Shown: piece after piece, positions 1 through 14,935 of the stretch
Layout of the letters: each line of letters starts with the position of its first letter
How positions within the stretch are numbered: position 1 is the first letter of the stretch
Assembly: GCA_964016885.1 (NCBI GenBank)
Contig: OZ024743.1
Span: forward strand, 216,566,001-216,630,000
DNA length: 64,000 nucleotides
Direction of reading: 5' to 3'
Source: Eledone cirrhosa
Taxonomy: Eukaryota
Position numbers and translations under genes: made by a program
The notes under the pieces: model-generated
What the model was told of the DNA's origin: nothing
Seen by the model: only the letters and a program-made list of their open reading frames with translations
The model's database searches: none

Positions 1-94
1 TATATATTGTATAAATATATTGTATATATATATATATTTTGTATATATATATATATTTTGTATATATATATATATATATATTGTATATAAATAT

Positions 95-138
<44 letters not shown>

Positions 139-160
139 GTATATATATATATATATTTAT

Positions 161-198
<38 letters not shown>

Positions 199-304
199 GT
201 GTATATATATAAGAACGATCGACTTTCGTCAAATCGGACCGAGGGAACAATGTTTCCGTTGGTCTTTCCAATTGCTAATACTATCTATCGGTAGCAACTC
301 CAGG

Positions 305-405
305 TAGAAGGAGCAACGTGAAATAAAGTGTCTTGCTCAAGGAATCGAACTCACAACCTTACGATTGCGAATCCAATTCTCTAACCACTCAGCCACACGC
401 CTTCA
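305..405 (-). mobile_element. tRNA-derived SINE, 5' part
   Basis: Minus strand reads GGCGTGTGGCTGAGTGGTTAGAG (A box)...GAGTTCGATTCC (B box), then TTGAGCAAGACACTTTATTTCACG, a CORE-like SINE body. Confidence 0.75.
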
Positions 406-494
406 TACAATATTTATATATATCTATCTATATATATATATAAATCAGGAAAGAAGGTTGACATGGTTTGCTTTCCAAAAAAGGTTTTTAATCT

Positions 495-607
495 CATAGC
501 TGACAATTGTTTCTCTGAACTGGTAGGTCTAGAGATCGCTATTCGCTTATTTTCGCGTTACTCGATCGCCAATACAAAATTATAACCAGTCAGATCTTCG
601 GAGCATG
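495..607 (-). ncRNA. Type I hammerhead ribozyme, CCGAAGA core variant, in a non-coding PLE-derived insert (about 445-807)
   Basis: Minus strand: gct CCGAAGA tctgactggt..(about 60 nt)..accagttcaga GAAA caattg TC agct; stem III is palindromic. Confidence 0.7.
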
Positions 608-805
608 CGAGAATGAAGAAAATACACAGGCAAGAAAAGAATATACAGGCTATAATATGAAGTAGTAATGGCATTCAATTAGAACAATAACAACAATTAC
701 AACAATGCTATTAATAAATTATTTAAGGAGACCCTGACATTACTTAGGTGGGGGGTATAATGTATCTACCTAAGTGGACTGCATTTAACTATTATTTGTT
801 ACCCC

Positions 806-846
<41 letters not shown>

Positions 847-858
847 ATATATATATAT

Positions 859-928
<70 letters not shown>

Positions 929-1100
929 ATATATATATATATATATATATATTGAATATATATATATATATATATTGTATATATATATATTGTATATATA
1001 TATATATTGTATATATATTGTATATATATATATATATATATATATTGTATATATATATATATATATTGTTTATATATATATATATTGTATATATATATAT

Positions 1101-1170
<70 letters not shown>

Positions 1171-1183
1171 GAGAGAGAGAGAG

Positions 1184-1229
<46 letters not shown>

Positions 1230-1304
1230 ATATATATATATATATATATATATTGTATATATATATATATATATATATATTGTATATATATATATATAAT
1301 ATAT

Positions 1305-1352
<48 letters not shown>

Positions 1353-1384
1353 ATATTATATATATGTATATATATATATATAAG

Positions 1385-1456
<72 letters not shown>

Positions 1457-1459
<3 letters not shown>

Positions 1460-1821
1460 CGTTTCTGAATTTATTTAGCAAGATTCTTTATCTGAAATCG
1501 TGTGTTGAAACCGATATTGTTATACTTTGGGAGGGTCATGTTGCCAAAAAGAAATACACGCACCAGTTGCTTTCACTTCAATTTATTATATATTTATGAA
1601 TTCATAAATTTACAAATTTACAAATCTACAAACTTATAAATTTCTGGTTGGTTGGGTGGTTCCACAACCAGATAGTTGTGGAACCAACCAACCAACCAGA
1701 AATTTATAAGTTTGTAGATTTGTAAATTTGTAAATTTTTGAATTTATAAATATATAATAAATTGAAGTGAAAGCAACTGGTGCGTGTGTTTCTCATTGGC
1801 AACATGACCCTCCCAAGGTAT

Positions 1822-1828
<7 letters not shown>
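1457..1828. mobile_element. Fold-back terminal-repeat remnant of the Nematis-like PLE family
   Basis: Arms about 1514-1668 and 1675-1828 are reverse complements; the sequence matches the element ends at 20066, 21606, 34929 and 38665. Confidence 0.85.
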
Positions 1829-1862
<34 letters not shown>

Positions 1863-1888
1863 ATATATATATAAATATATTGTATATA

Positions 1889-1938
<50 letters not shown>

Positions 1939-1982
1939 ATATTATTGTGTATATAATATATATATATTATATATATATATTG

Positions 1983-2014
<32 letters not shown>

Positions 2015-2110
2015 TTGTATATATATATATGTATATATATATATATTGTATATATATATATGTATATATATTATATATATAATGTATATATAGGTATATT
2101 ATATATATAT

Positions 2111-2148
<38 letters not shown>

Positions 2149-2268
2149 AGATATATATATATATATTGTATATATATATAAATATATTGTATATATATAT
2201 ATGTATATATATATATATTATATATATATATATATAAATATATTGTATATATAATATGTATATATATA

Positions 2269-2336
<68 letters not shown>

Positions 2337-2393
2337 ATATATATATATATATATATTGTATATATAGGTATATATATATATATATTGTATATA

Positions 2394-2530
<137 letters not shown>

Positions 2531-2536
2531 TGTATA

Positions 2537-2571
<35 letters not shown>

Positions 2572-2897
2572 TGTATATATATATATATATATATATAATG
2601 TATATATATATATTGTATATATATATATATATTGTATATATATATTGTATATATATATATTGTATATATATATATATAATGTATATATATATATATTGTA
2701 TATATATATATATATTGTATATATATATATATATTGTATATATATATATATATTGTATATATATATATATATTGTATATATATATATTGTATATATATAT
2801 ATATATTGTATATATATATATATATATTGTATATATATATATATATATTGTATATATTTATATATTGTATATATATATATATATATATATTGTATAT

Positions 2898-2939
<42 letters not shown>

Positions 2940-2955
2940 ATTATATATATATATA

Positions 2956-3096
2956 GGAACAAGTAAGACCCTGTCGGCTGAGCTCAAGCCGCTTCGACGG
3001 CTAATTCTGTACTGAATGAAAATTTATTCTGGTATTTAAATAGCCGAACTTATCAAGGAGTAATTCCATATATATATATATTTTTTTTTATTCTAC

Positions 3097-3152
<56 letters not shown>

Positions 3153-3733
3153 AAATTTATTTATCTATTCTTTTTTTCACTTATTTGTTTATTTATTTAT
3201 TTATGTATTTCTTTAGCCTAGCTATAGCGAGAGACTTATGTCTTAGTAACCAGATTTTGCTTATTTTTTTTTTCTCTCTCAGTACCTTTTATAGTTTTAC
3301 CTTTCATTGTTCTACTTACCGTTTCGATCTCCTCCCCCTCCCCCTCCCCAGTATCCTCTTTGACCTCACACCCAGCTGTAGCTGGCACTACCAACGCAAG
3401 AATGGGTCTACTCCACCCCCTCTCCCTTTTTCTCATACCGGCAGGCTTAGCTACCTGTTACCCCCACCAACTTACCATCACAGATTTACTACTAACTTGT
3501 GATGTGACCAATCCTGGTGATTATCTCTTTGACCATATATGGAATTACCCCTTGATAAGTTCGCCTATTTAAATACCAGAATAAATGTTCATTCAGTACA
3601 GAATTAGCCGTCGAAACGGCTTGAGCTCAGCCGTCGGGGTCTTACTTGTTCCTATTACTCATTCTACTACCCTAAGTAATGAGTACTTTGGTGCGTTATG
3701 GTCCACCTGGTTCCTTACCACATTTCCTTCGTT
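2956..3733 (+). mobile_element. Non-coding PLE derivative with an inverted 5' arm (2956-3070 vs about 3537-3652)
   Basis: Inverted repeat, an HHR and (TA)n flanks; a shorter copy lies at 60331-60440. Confidence 0.75.
3547..3640 (+). ncRNA. Type I hammerhead ribozyme, U3-A8 core
   Basis: acccc TTGATAA gttcgccta...tagccgtc GAAA cggcttgagctcagccg TC ggggt. Confidence 0.75.
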
Positions 3734-3749
3734 ATATATATATATATAT

Positions 3750-3812
<63 letters not shown>

Positions 3813-3813
<1 letters not shown>

Positions 3814-4103
3814 AAGTAATTCCGTCGGAAAAGTCCAGGAAAAAAGAGTGCTCTATGTAGGTAACTAAGCTTAATAGTTATGTAATACACAACATAAGGC
3901 AATTATTCCATTTACCAGTGGTTTCTTAAAAGCAAAAAAATTTGCTTTCAATCATCAGAATGAAAAAATCCTGGTGTATTTATTGACAATTGGATTCTAA
4001 AATCAAAAATGCAATATACATATACAAATACATAAACACATACATACGCATACACAAATACATACACACACACACATGTTCATATATACACACCCATATA
4101 CAT

Positions 4104-4160
<57 letters not shown>

Positions 4161-4305
4161 CATACATAGCCATACAATTATACACATACATACACATACA
4201 TATACATACATATCACAAACACGCACAACCAAATACAAACACACATATATATATGTGTGTAAAACTCATTCTTAGATAATTCATATGAACCTTATTTAAC
4301 TCTAA

Positions 4306-4308
<3 letters not shown>
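3813..4308 (-). mobile_element. Non-coding HHR-bearing PLE derivative (family C); HHR at 3907-3964
   Basis: Minus strand: ttcatt CTGATGA ttgaaagc...gcttttaa GAAA ccactgg TA aatgga. Related sequence at 14770-14920, 18250-19195 and 58135-58445. Confidence 0.8.
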
Positions 4309-4328
<20 letters not shown>

Positions 4329-4336
<8 letters not shown>

Positions 4337-7273
4337 GAGAGGTATAGAGATTGTTTTAGCAAGAAGCTAACGGCATTCTATAACATATATGCAACTATAA
4401 CGTCAAGATGGGAAAAGTAGTTAACGAAAGATTTAGGAAAAATAACTCAAACTCATCTCAAAAGAGAATCAGGATATAAATTCATCCACAGAATTTAGTA
4501 AAATCCAGGGAAAAATCTATAGACCTTTAACTCATGATAAAATACAGTTTGAAACACTTATCCTTCAATTTGGAATAACATCAAATGCTCTGTATAGTCT
4601 TAAAAGACTATTTCATGAAAACTTTCAGTGGAGATGGTCACGGTTGGATTTCATTCATCAGCAGAGCTCAACAGAAACCAGGGCTCTCACAGTAGTATAA
4701 TCCGAAAAAGGGAATTCTAAAACTGGCTAGTTCGCCTTCATGTGTATTTATGAAAAAGCACATGAGGAAAAAACGGGGCTAGTGACGTCAGGATGGAAGT
4801 GAATGTTTATTTACAAGAAATAGCAGTCAAATACATTCTGAAAAAAACTCTACAAAGGAGTTCAGCAAAATAGCAATAATTATCACAGTTTTTATGAAAA
4901 AAACCGGGATTAGTCACAGATAGTTTAAGCACTCTAGGAAAAGAATCCGAGTATAAATATAAATGAGAGGTATAGAGATTGTTTTAGCAAGAAGCTAACG
5001 GCATTCTATAACATATATGCAACTATAACGTCAAGATGGGAAAAGTAGTTAACGAAAGATTTAGGAAAAATAACTCAAACTCATCTCAAAAGAGAATCAG
5101 GATATAAATTCATCCACAGAATTTAGTAAAATCCAGGGAAAAATCTATAGACCTTTAACTCATGATAAAATACAGTTTGAAACACTTATCCTTCAATTTG
5201 GAATAACATCAAATGCTCTGTATAGTCTTAAAAGACTATTTCATGAAAACTTTCAGTGGAGATGGTCACGGTTGGATTTCATTCATCAGCAGAGCTCAAC
5301 AGAATCCAGGGCTCTCACAGTAGTATAATCCGAAAAAGGGAATTCTAAAACTGGCTAGTTCGCCTTCATGTGTATTTATGAAAAAGCACATGAGGAAAAA
5401 ACGGGGCTAGTGACGTCAGGATGGAAGTGAATGTTTATTTACAAGAAATAGCAGTCAAATACATTCTGAAAAAAACTCTACAAAGGAGTTCAGCAAAATA
5501 GCAATAATTATCACAGTTTTTATGAAAAAAACCGGGATTAGTCACAGATAGTTTAAGCACTCTAGGAAAAGAATCCGAGTATAAATATAAATGAGAGGTA
5601 TAGAGATTGTTTTAGCAAGAAGCTAACGGCATTCTATAACATATATGCAACTATAACGTCAAGATGGGAAAAGTAGTTAACGAAAGATTTAGGAAAAATA
5701 ACTCAAACTCATCTCAAAAGAGAATCAGGATATAAATTCATCCACAGAATTTAGTAAAATCCAGGGAAAAATCTATAGACCTTTAACTCATGATAAAATA
5801 CAGTTTGAAACACTTATCCTTCAATTTGGAATAACATCAAATGCTCTGTATAGTCTTAAAAGACTATTTCATGAAAACTTTCAGTGGAGATGGTCACGGT
5901 TGGATTTCATTCATCAGCAGAGCTCAACAGAAACCAGGGCTCTCACAGTAGTATAATCCGAAAAAGGGAATTCTAAAACTGGCTAGTTCGCCTTCATGTG
6001 TATTTATGAAAAAGCACATGAGGAAAAAACGGGGCTAGTGACGTCAGGATGGAAGTGAATGTTTATTTACAAGAAATAGCAGTCAAATACATTCTGAAAA
6101 AAACTCTACAAAGGAGTTCAGCAAAATAGCAATAATTATCACAGTTTTTATGAAAAAAACCGGGATTAGTCACAGATAGTTTAAGCACTCTAGGAAAAGA
6201 ATCCGAGTATAAATATAAATGAGAGGTATAGAGATTGTTTTAGCAAGAAGCTAACGGCATTCTATAACATATATGCAACTATAACGTCAAGATGGGAAAA
6301 GTAGTTAACGAAAGATTTAGGAAAAATAACTCAAACTCATCTCAAAAGAGAATCAGGATATAAATTCATCCACAGAATTTAGTAAAATCCAGGGAAAAAT
6401 CTATAGACCTTTAACTCATGATAAAATACAGTTTGAAACACTTATCCTTCAATTTGGAATAACATCAAATGCTCTGTATAGTCTTAAAAGACTATTTCAT
6501 GAAAACTTTCAGTGGAGATGGTCACGGTTGGATTTCATTCATCAGCAGAGCTCAACAGAAACCAGGGCTCTCACAGTAGTATAATCCGAAAAAGGGAATT
6601 CTAAAACTGGCTAGTTCGCCTTCATGTGTATTTATGAAAAAGCACATGAGGAAAAAACGGGGCTAGTGACGTCAGGATGGAAGTGAATGTTTATTTACAA
6701 GAAATAGCAGTCAAATACATTCTGAAAAAAACTCTACAAAGGAGTTCAGCAAAATAGCAATAATTATCACAGTTTTTATGAAAAAAACCGGGATTAGTCA
6801 CAGATAGTTTAAGCACTCTAGGAAAAGAATCCGAGTATAAATATAAATGAGAGGTATAGAGATTGTTTTAGCAAGAAGCTAACGGCAGTCTATAACATAT
6901 ATGCAACTATAACGTCAAGATGGGAAAAGTAGTTAACGAAAGATTTAGGAAAAATAACTCAAACTCATCTCAAAAGAGAATCAGGATATAAATTCATCCA
7001 CAGAATTTAGTAAAATCCAGGGAAAAATCTATAGACCTTTAACTCATGATAAAATACAGTTTGAAACACTTATCCTTCAATTTGGAATAACATCAAATGC
7101 TCTGTATAGTCTTAAAAGACTATTTCATGAAAACTTTCAGTGGAGATGGTCACGGTTGGATTTCATTCATCAGCAGAGCTCAACAGAAACCAGGGCTCTC
7201 ACAGTAGTATAATCCGAAAAAGGGAATTCTAAAATTGGCTAGTTCGCCTTCATGTGTATTTATGAAAAAGCAC

Positions 7274-7275
<2 letters not shown>
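4329..7275 (-). repeat. Tandem array of about 4.7 x 628-bp units, one HHR per unit (retrozyme-like)
   Basis: Units start at 4331, 4959, 5587, 6215 and 6843; only about 3 substitutions seen; no ORF of 60 aa or more; flanked by (TA)n. Confidence 0.95.
4587..4667 (-). ncRNA. Canonical type I hammerhead ribozyme, repeated at 5215-5295, 5843-5923, 6471-6551 and 7099-7179
   Basis: Minus strand: gctctg CTGATGA atgaaa..tttcat GAAA tagtcttttaagacta TA cagagc; all three stems pair perfectly. Confidence 0.92.
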
Positions 7276-7325
<50 letters not shown>

Positions 7326-7480
7326 ATATACACGGGTGTGTATGATTGTGTATAGAAGATTATATTAATAAGAGGTTTTCCAACTTTGTCTGATTTACTC
7401 GTTTTATTTACAATCCTTTAAAATACATAATGGTATTATAATGAAATAGTATGATAGAATATTAAATTCTAGGTGTTAAT

Positions 7481-7519
7481 TGAACAAGTACTTTCATGCT
7501 TTCGCAATCTTCAGGTTCA
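7481..7519 (-). ncRNA. Minimal type I HHR in pLTR
   Basis: Reverse complement of the 10856-10894 motif. Confidence 0.8.
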
Positions 7520-7900
7520 TAGTATGTGGTGACAGTCGAGTTTGCAATTTTCAACTGTAATGAGATGGGTAAATTTCCTACCTTTTATACATTTTATACA
7601 GAGAAAAGTGGCTCCAGTATGCTAAGCCCTGTAAACTGTATTTCGACCAATCAGTGTGTAGTTTCACTGAATTACTAAAGCTGATTGGTTTAAGCGTCAC
7701 GGCTGGGTTGAGCATGCTAACGACCAATGATCATATCCAAAGCATCAATTGTTTTGCTATTTTTAGAAATGATGAAAATAGCATTTTCTATTAATCATCA
7801 CCATCAACATCACTTTTATTATTATTATTATTGTTGTTGTTGTTGTTGCTGTTAGTGGTCGTGGTCATAGTGGTAGTAGAAGTAATGCCCCTAAGCGTTA

Positions 7901-10213
7901 TTATTGTTCGTTTAGCTTGGGTTTGAATTTATCAATAAAATTCTTTTCTTTGATTTTTCTCTTGCTTTCACTTGGGTTGTGTAATTTGTAGAATGGGAAT
8001 ATTATAAATATTCCCTGACCACATGTTGCCAGGTGGCCGCTTAGGGGTATCTGACGGACATTTGGGTCTCTGATTTGTTGACGGTGTACCCGTGCATGTT
8101 CCGATAGTGCATTTCCAGTTTGACCGACATATAGTTCTTCACAATTCGGGCATTTACTGCAGTAAATTAGATTTCTGCTTTTGCAGTTCATATTTGCATT
8201 TGGGAATATTTTTCTAGTTTTTGTTTTCATATATTGACCGGTGTGTATGGATTGACATGTGCCGCATCGACTATCATTGCATTTAGATACAGTGAATGAT
8301 TGATCTTTGTTGTTAAGGTCAAACTTTGCTTTTGTTTTGTAATTGCTGCAAATTCTTTGGCTGTCTTTTACAAAGTGTCAAAGATCGATCTGTGATTAAG
8401 CCTTTTAATTCATTACTTTGAGCAATAGATCGGTAGGTTTGCTTTGGCAGTGTTGAAGATATTCTGGTGACATGGGTTGTGTGTCATTATAAATGGTATG
8501 ACCAGTTCTTGGTTTCTTCTTCCTTGGGTTGTTCTAAGTTGTTGTATAGGTATTTTTATAGCCCGCTGTATGCCATTTTCTATAAGTAGAGATGGGTATT
8601 TTTGTTTGAGCAAACATTCTCTTAGTTCTGTTAGACGTTTGTACCTGGTATTCGTATCTTCTACAATGGTACAAATTCTTCTGGCTAGGGAGTATGGGAT
8701 GTTGCGTTTTCTATGAGGTGGATGGCACGACTTAAAATTCAGATATTGATGGGTGTCTGTGTGTTTATAATATATATCCGTGGTAATGGTGGTGTCGTTT
8801 TTGATTATCATTATATCTAGGAATGGTAATTTGGTCCTACTCATCTCTTTTGTGAATTGGAGAGATGGGTGTAGGTTATTCAGGAGGATATTGAACTCAT
8901 CCAGAGTATCTAGAGATTCTGTTCAGATGATGTAACAGTCGTCAAGGTATCTCTTCCAAGATTTTTCAATGTACTTTCTAAAGTCAGTACTATATTTTTC
9001 CTCTATTTCTTGGTAGAGTTGTTGTTCTAAGTATCCCATTACAGAGTTCGCGTAAACGGGAGCAAACTTCGTTCCCATCGCTGTGCCTCTAATTTGGATG
9101 TAATTCTTTCCATTGAAGAAGAAAGTGTTGTTTTCCAGAATAAGTTTAACAACGTCTAATATAAATGGCGCTGTGAATTTAATGGGAATCACTTCTCTAT
9201 GTTTTTCCACCCAGTATTTAACCGCCTTTATTCTTAAATCATGTGTAATGTTGGTGTAAAGGCTTACCACATCAAAACTGAGTAGAAGTGAATTCGTTTC
9301 CGTGGTTTTGGGAAGATGGGACAGGAAGTCGATATCATCCCAGATGAAACTGGGTATGTGAATACATAGTGGTTTCAAAATAATGTCAACAAAATTGCTT
9401 AGACGGTGAGTGGGGCATGTTGGACCAGCTATAATAGGTCTAAGTTTTAAGTCTTTTGGGTGTAATAATTTAATGTACTCACTGTTTTGTTCTCTTACTG
9501 CCAGTTGTATTTCTTTTGACTTGTGAACTTTCGGTAGGCCATACAGGTTGCTGGGTTTCGGCTCAAAATTGGTGATGTAGTCTCTTTCCTTATCAGTAAA
9601 TGAGTTGTGGTATTTTGAAGCCAGGTTGTTGATCTTCTTCATGATGTTGTGGTCTATATTTGACGGTATTTCATAATAGAATGTTGTGTCTTTCAGTTGT
9701 TCCTCAACCAAATCCTTGTAGTATTCAGTATCCATTATAACAACTGCACCCCCTTTATCTGCTTGTTTAATTATTATTGTTTTATCATTTTGTATACGTT
9801 TAAGTGCAGACATTTCTGATTTGTTAATGTTTGGCCTAACATTAGTATTATGTCTAAGAGGAAATTTAGACAGGATGTCAATGCATTGGTCGAGAGAGAT
9901 ATTTATTCCTTTTGGCGGAGTGAAATTTGATTTATTCTTTACTAGTGATTCATTACTCATTATTTTTATCAGCGAAGAATTCTACAAGACCTAATTTTCG
10001 ACAGAATTCTTGGGTATCCTCCTTCAGTTCTTGGTGGTTGACTGTTGGAGTCGGTGTGAATTTCAGTCCTTTTGACAGAATTTGCATTTCATCATTGTCA
10101 AGATCTCTTTTAGATAAATTAATTATTTTAGGATCTACGTGTACAGCTGTTTTGGGTATGTTTCCTCCTGGAGTTTTTCTTTTTCCGGTTTTTGTTGTCC
10201 TGACGTTAAAAAA
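7901..10213 (-). pseudogene. PLE reverse transcriptase / GIY-YIG endonuclease, disrupted
   Basis: Motifs IINLS..LSKGLKFTPTP, ADKGGAVVIM, YGLPKVHK, FDVVSLYTNI, GTAMGTKFAP, WKRYLDD, a Cys linker CNDSRCGTC, and LIYCSKCPNCEELYVGQT; contains stops and frameshifts. Confidence 0.92.
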
Positions 10214-10482
10214 TGGATTTTTCTCTGTTCAGGATTTATATTCCTGTTGGTGTTCGCTTGATGAACTTTTGGTCGTGATATTATATTTGGTTTCGTTATG
10301 TATTTTGTCCTATTTTTGGTATTCTGTATATTATTTTTCTTCCTGTTAGCATTATTTTTAACAATCTGGGAAAATGACCTAGGTTTGCTTTCAGGTTTAG
10401 ATCGTTTTTTCGTCCAGTTTCTTGTGGGCAATCTCTGTTGAGATCTTGAGAGTGATCTGGTTATTCTACGTTTTGTTTCCAC
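10135..10482 (-). CDS. 3' part of a basic, low-complexity PLE ORF1 overlapping the RT frame
   Basis: Contains KIHFLT encoded by CAT TTT TTA; the RT begins in the -1 frame there. Confidence 0.6.
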   Translation of the reverse strand: METKRRITRSLSRSQQRLPTRNWTKKRSKPESKPRSFSQIVKNNANRKKNNIQNTKNRTKYITKPNIISRPKVHQANTNRNINPEQRKIHFLTSGQQKPEKEKLQEETYPKQLYT

Positions 10483-10855
10483 ATTCCTTGTTGGTAGTCT
10501 CTGTTAAGATCTTGAGAATGATCTCCTGGTTTTACTACTTCTCATGGTATGGTCAAAGGAATATCTATCGTGTTTGTGCTTTTTAATAGAAAATGCTATT
10601 TTCATCATTTCTAAAAATAGAAAAACAATTGATGCTTTGGATATGATCATTGGTCGTTAGCATGGTCAACCAGCCGTGACGCTTAAACCAATCAGCTTTA
10701 GTAATTCAGTGAAACTACACACTGATTGGGCGAAATACAGTTTATAGGGCTTAGCATTCTGGAGCCACTTTTCTCTGTATAAAATGTATAAAAGGTAGGA
10801 AATTTACCATCTCATTACAGTTGAAAATTGCAAACTCGACTGTCACCACATACTA

Positions 10856-10894
10856 TGAACCTGAAGATTGCGAAAGCATGAAAGTACTTGTTCA
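10856..10894 (+). ncRNA. Minimal type I HHR in pLTR
   Basis: tgaac CTGAAGA ttgcgaaagcat GAAA gtac TT gttca; palindromic gtac stem III. Confidence 0.82.
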
Positions 10895-11006
10895 ATTAAC
10901 ACTTAGAATTTAATATTCTATCATACTATTTCATTATAATACCATTATATATTTTAAAGGATTGTAAATAAAACGAGTAAATCAGACAAAGTTGGAATTC
11001 CTCTTA

Positions 11007-11080
<74 letters not shown>

Positions 11081-11187
11081 CACATACATACATATACGTA
11101 CATACTTACATACACATATATACCTACACACACATATATACATACACATACGTATGCATACGTACACACACACATACGTATATAATT

Positions 11188-11226
<39 letters not shown>

Positions 11227-11405
11227 TGAGAAAAATAACATAAATATTATAAAATAAATATTGTATATATATATATTGTTGATTGCTCTAGGTCTGCTAT
11301 AGGCATTTATAGCCTTTTCTAAATATATATTTTTTTATTTATTATTTGTCGTATTCCCAATATTTTTTTTATATATACAATTTTATAATATTTATGTTCT
11401 TTCTC

Positions 11406-11513
<108 letters not shown>

Positions 11514-11649
11514 AGTTATATATGTAAATGTGTGTGTGTGTGTACGTATGCATACGTATGTGTATGTATATATGTGTCTGTAGGTATATATGTGTATGTT
11601 AGTATGTATGTATGTGTATGTATGTGTATGAGTATATATGTATATATAT

Positions 11650-13187
<1,538 letters not shown>

Positions 13188-13193
<6 letters not shown>

Positions 13194-14290
13194 GAATCAC
13201 ACAGATACATGCGGACACACACATATATACATGAATGCATCCGCACCCAACTGTGAGTTAAGGGTGCCAACTTCACTGATGTTGCTCAATGAATGACTGG
13301 GACAGACCAATTCAGTTTGAACCGGACTGAACCAGTATCAGAGTTAAAAATACATTATGAAGAGAGAAGAAACATTTAGATATAATTAGTAATAAAATGT
13401 ATCATACCTAAACTGTTCCTAAATTCCTCGACTACGTAGTTTCGTGGCATAAACAAAAACAATATATCAAAGATATAGAGTCCTTGCGAGGTCTGCCGAC
13501 TTATCAAGAGGATACCTCATTTTACTAGTCTCAAGAACGCGTCTACACGACGTGAGAAAGAATCCCAAAAGGCGGAGGGGGAGATAGTCACGCGATATAA
13601 CGGTCGAGAAACAGAGCTAAGCCTCTTATAACCACGAAGAAAATACCACGGAGGCGGAGGGGGTATTCATATCGAGGCCGCAGAAGAGGTAGTGAAGAAG
13701 GCGAGAAGTATGAGTAATGGAAGCTTTCCAGTTGTCCCCACACTTCAAAGATTGCTCGACCAGAGGGAGTTAATATATTTAGAATCACACAGATACATGC
13801 GGACACACACATATATACATGAATGCATCCGCACCCAACTGTGAGTTAAGGGTGCCAACTTCACCGATGTTGCTCAATGAATGACTGGGACAGACCAATT
13901 CAGTTTGAACCGGACTGAACCAGTATCAGAGTTAAAAATACATTATGAAGAGAGAAGAAACATTTAGATATAATTAGTAATAAAATGTATCATACCTAAA
14001 CTGTTCCTAAATTCCTCGACTACGTAGTTTCGTGGCATAAACAAAAACAATATATCAAAGATATAGAGTCCTTGCGAGGTCTGCCGACTTATCAAGAGGA
14101 TACCTCATTTTACTAGTCTCAAGAACGCGTCTACACGACGTGAGAAAGAATCCCAAAAGGCGGAGGGGGAGATAGTCACGCGATATGTTTATGCCACGAA
14201 ACTACGTAGTCGAGGAATTTAGGAACAGTTTAGGTATGATACATTTTATTACTAATTATATCTAAATGTTTCTTCTCTCTTCATAATGTA
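13188..14290 (-). mobile_element. 588-bp partial tandem (about 1.7 units) plus inverted arm (14187-14290); HHRs at 13425-13512 and 14013-14100
   Basis: TTAGAATCACACAG recurs at 13191 and 13779. Minus strand: tcctc TTGATAA gtcggca..tgccac GAAA ctacgtag TC gagga. Confidence 0.88.
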
Positions 14291-14312
14291 TATATATATA
14301 TATATATATATA

Positions 14313-14755
14313 TGCAAAAGTTCTATTTAAAGTTGTTGGGATACAACAAGTAAATATTTTATAACTGATATAAAGATATAAAGACTCGACAAGTTTTTGG
14401 TGTAGATATACGATATTAAATAAATGGAAACTATATTTATAAAACCATATTTATTTCACTATACATATTTCAGGGATACCAAATTAAAATATGGTATGCC
14501 TTCATAAGATAAAATACAATATATAAACAGTTTTATAAATAATTATATTTATTATATAATTATATTTATTTATAATTATATTTATTATTATAATTATATT
14601 TATATTTATATTTATTATATGATTATTTATAAAACTGTTTATATATTGTATATTATCTGATGAAGGCATACAATATTTTAATTTGGTATCCCTGAAATAT
14701 GTATAGTAAAATAAATATGGTTTTATAAATATAGTTTCCATTTATTTAATATCGG
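14313..14755. mobile_element. Fold-back pLTR remnant of the Naiad-associated family; HHR at 14653-14709(+)
   Basis: Inverted arms; ttat CTGATGA aggcatac..gtatccct GAAA tatgta TA gtaa. Confidence 0.8.
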
Positions 14756-14935
14756 ATATATATATATATTTTCGAGTTAAATAAGGTTCATATGAATTAT
14801 CTAAGAATGAGTTTTACATATATATATATATGTGTGCGTTTGTATTTGGTTGTGCGTGTTTGTGATATGTATGTATATGTATATGTATAATTGTATGGCT
14901 ATGTATGTATGTGTATATATATATATATATATATA

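Larger units (their letters stand above)
7333..11012 (-). mobile_element. Neptune-like Penelope-like element, 5'-truncated, with inverted pLTRs (about 7363-7793 and 10585-11012)
   Basis: RT plus GIY-YIG ORF flanked by about 430-bp inverted repeats, each carrying an HHR; inserted in (TA)n. Confidence 0.92.

Noticed and set aside
341-402. tRNA gene
   Set aside because: Has A and B boxes but no complete cloverleaf and continues into a SINE body.
4329-7275. CRISPR array or rDNA/snRNA gene cluster
   Set aside because: No repeat-spacer structure and no recognisable rRNA or snRNA sequence; whole units are identical and carry an HHR.
7363-11012. DNA transposon with terminal inverted repeats (also considered for the other fold-backs)
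   Set aside because: The interior encodes RT/GIY-YIG and the arms contain HHRs; these are PLE inversions, not TIRs.
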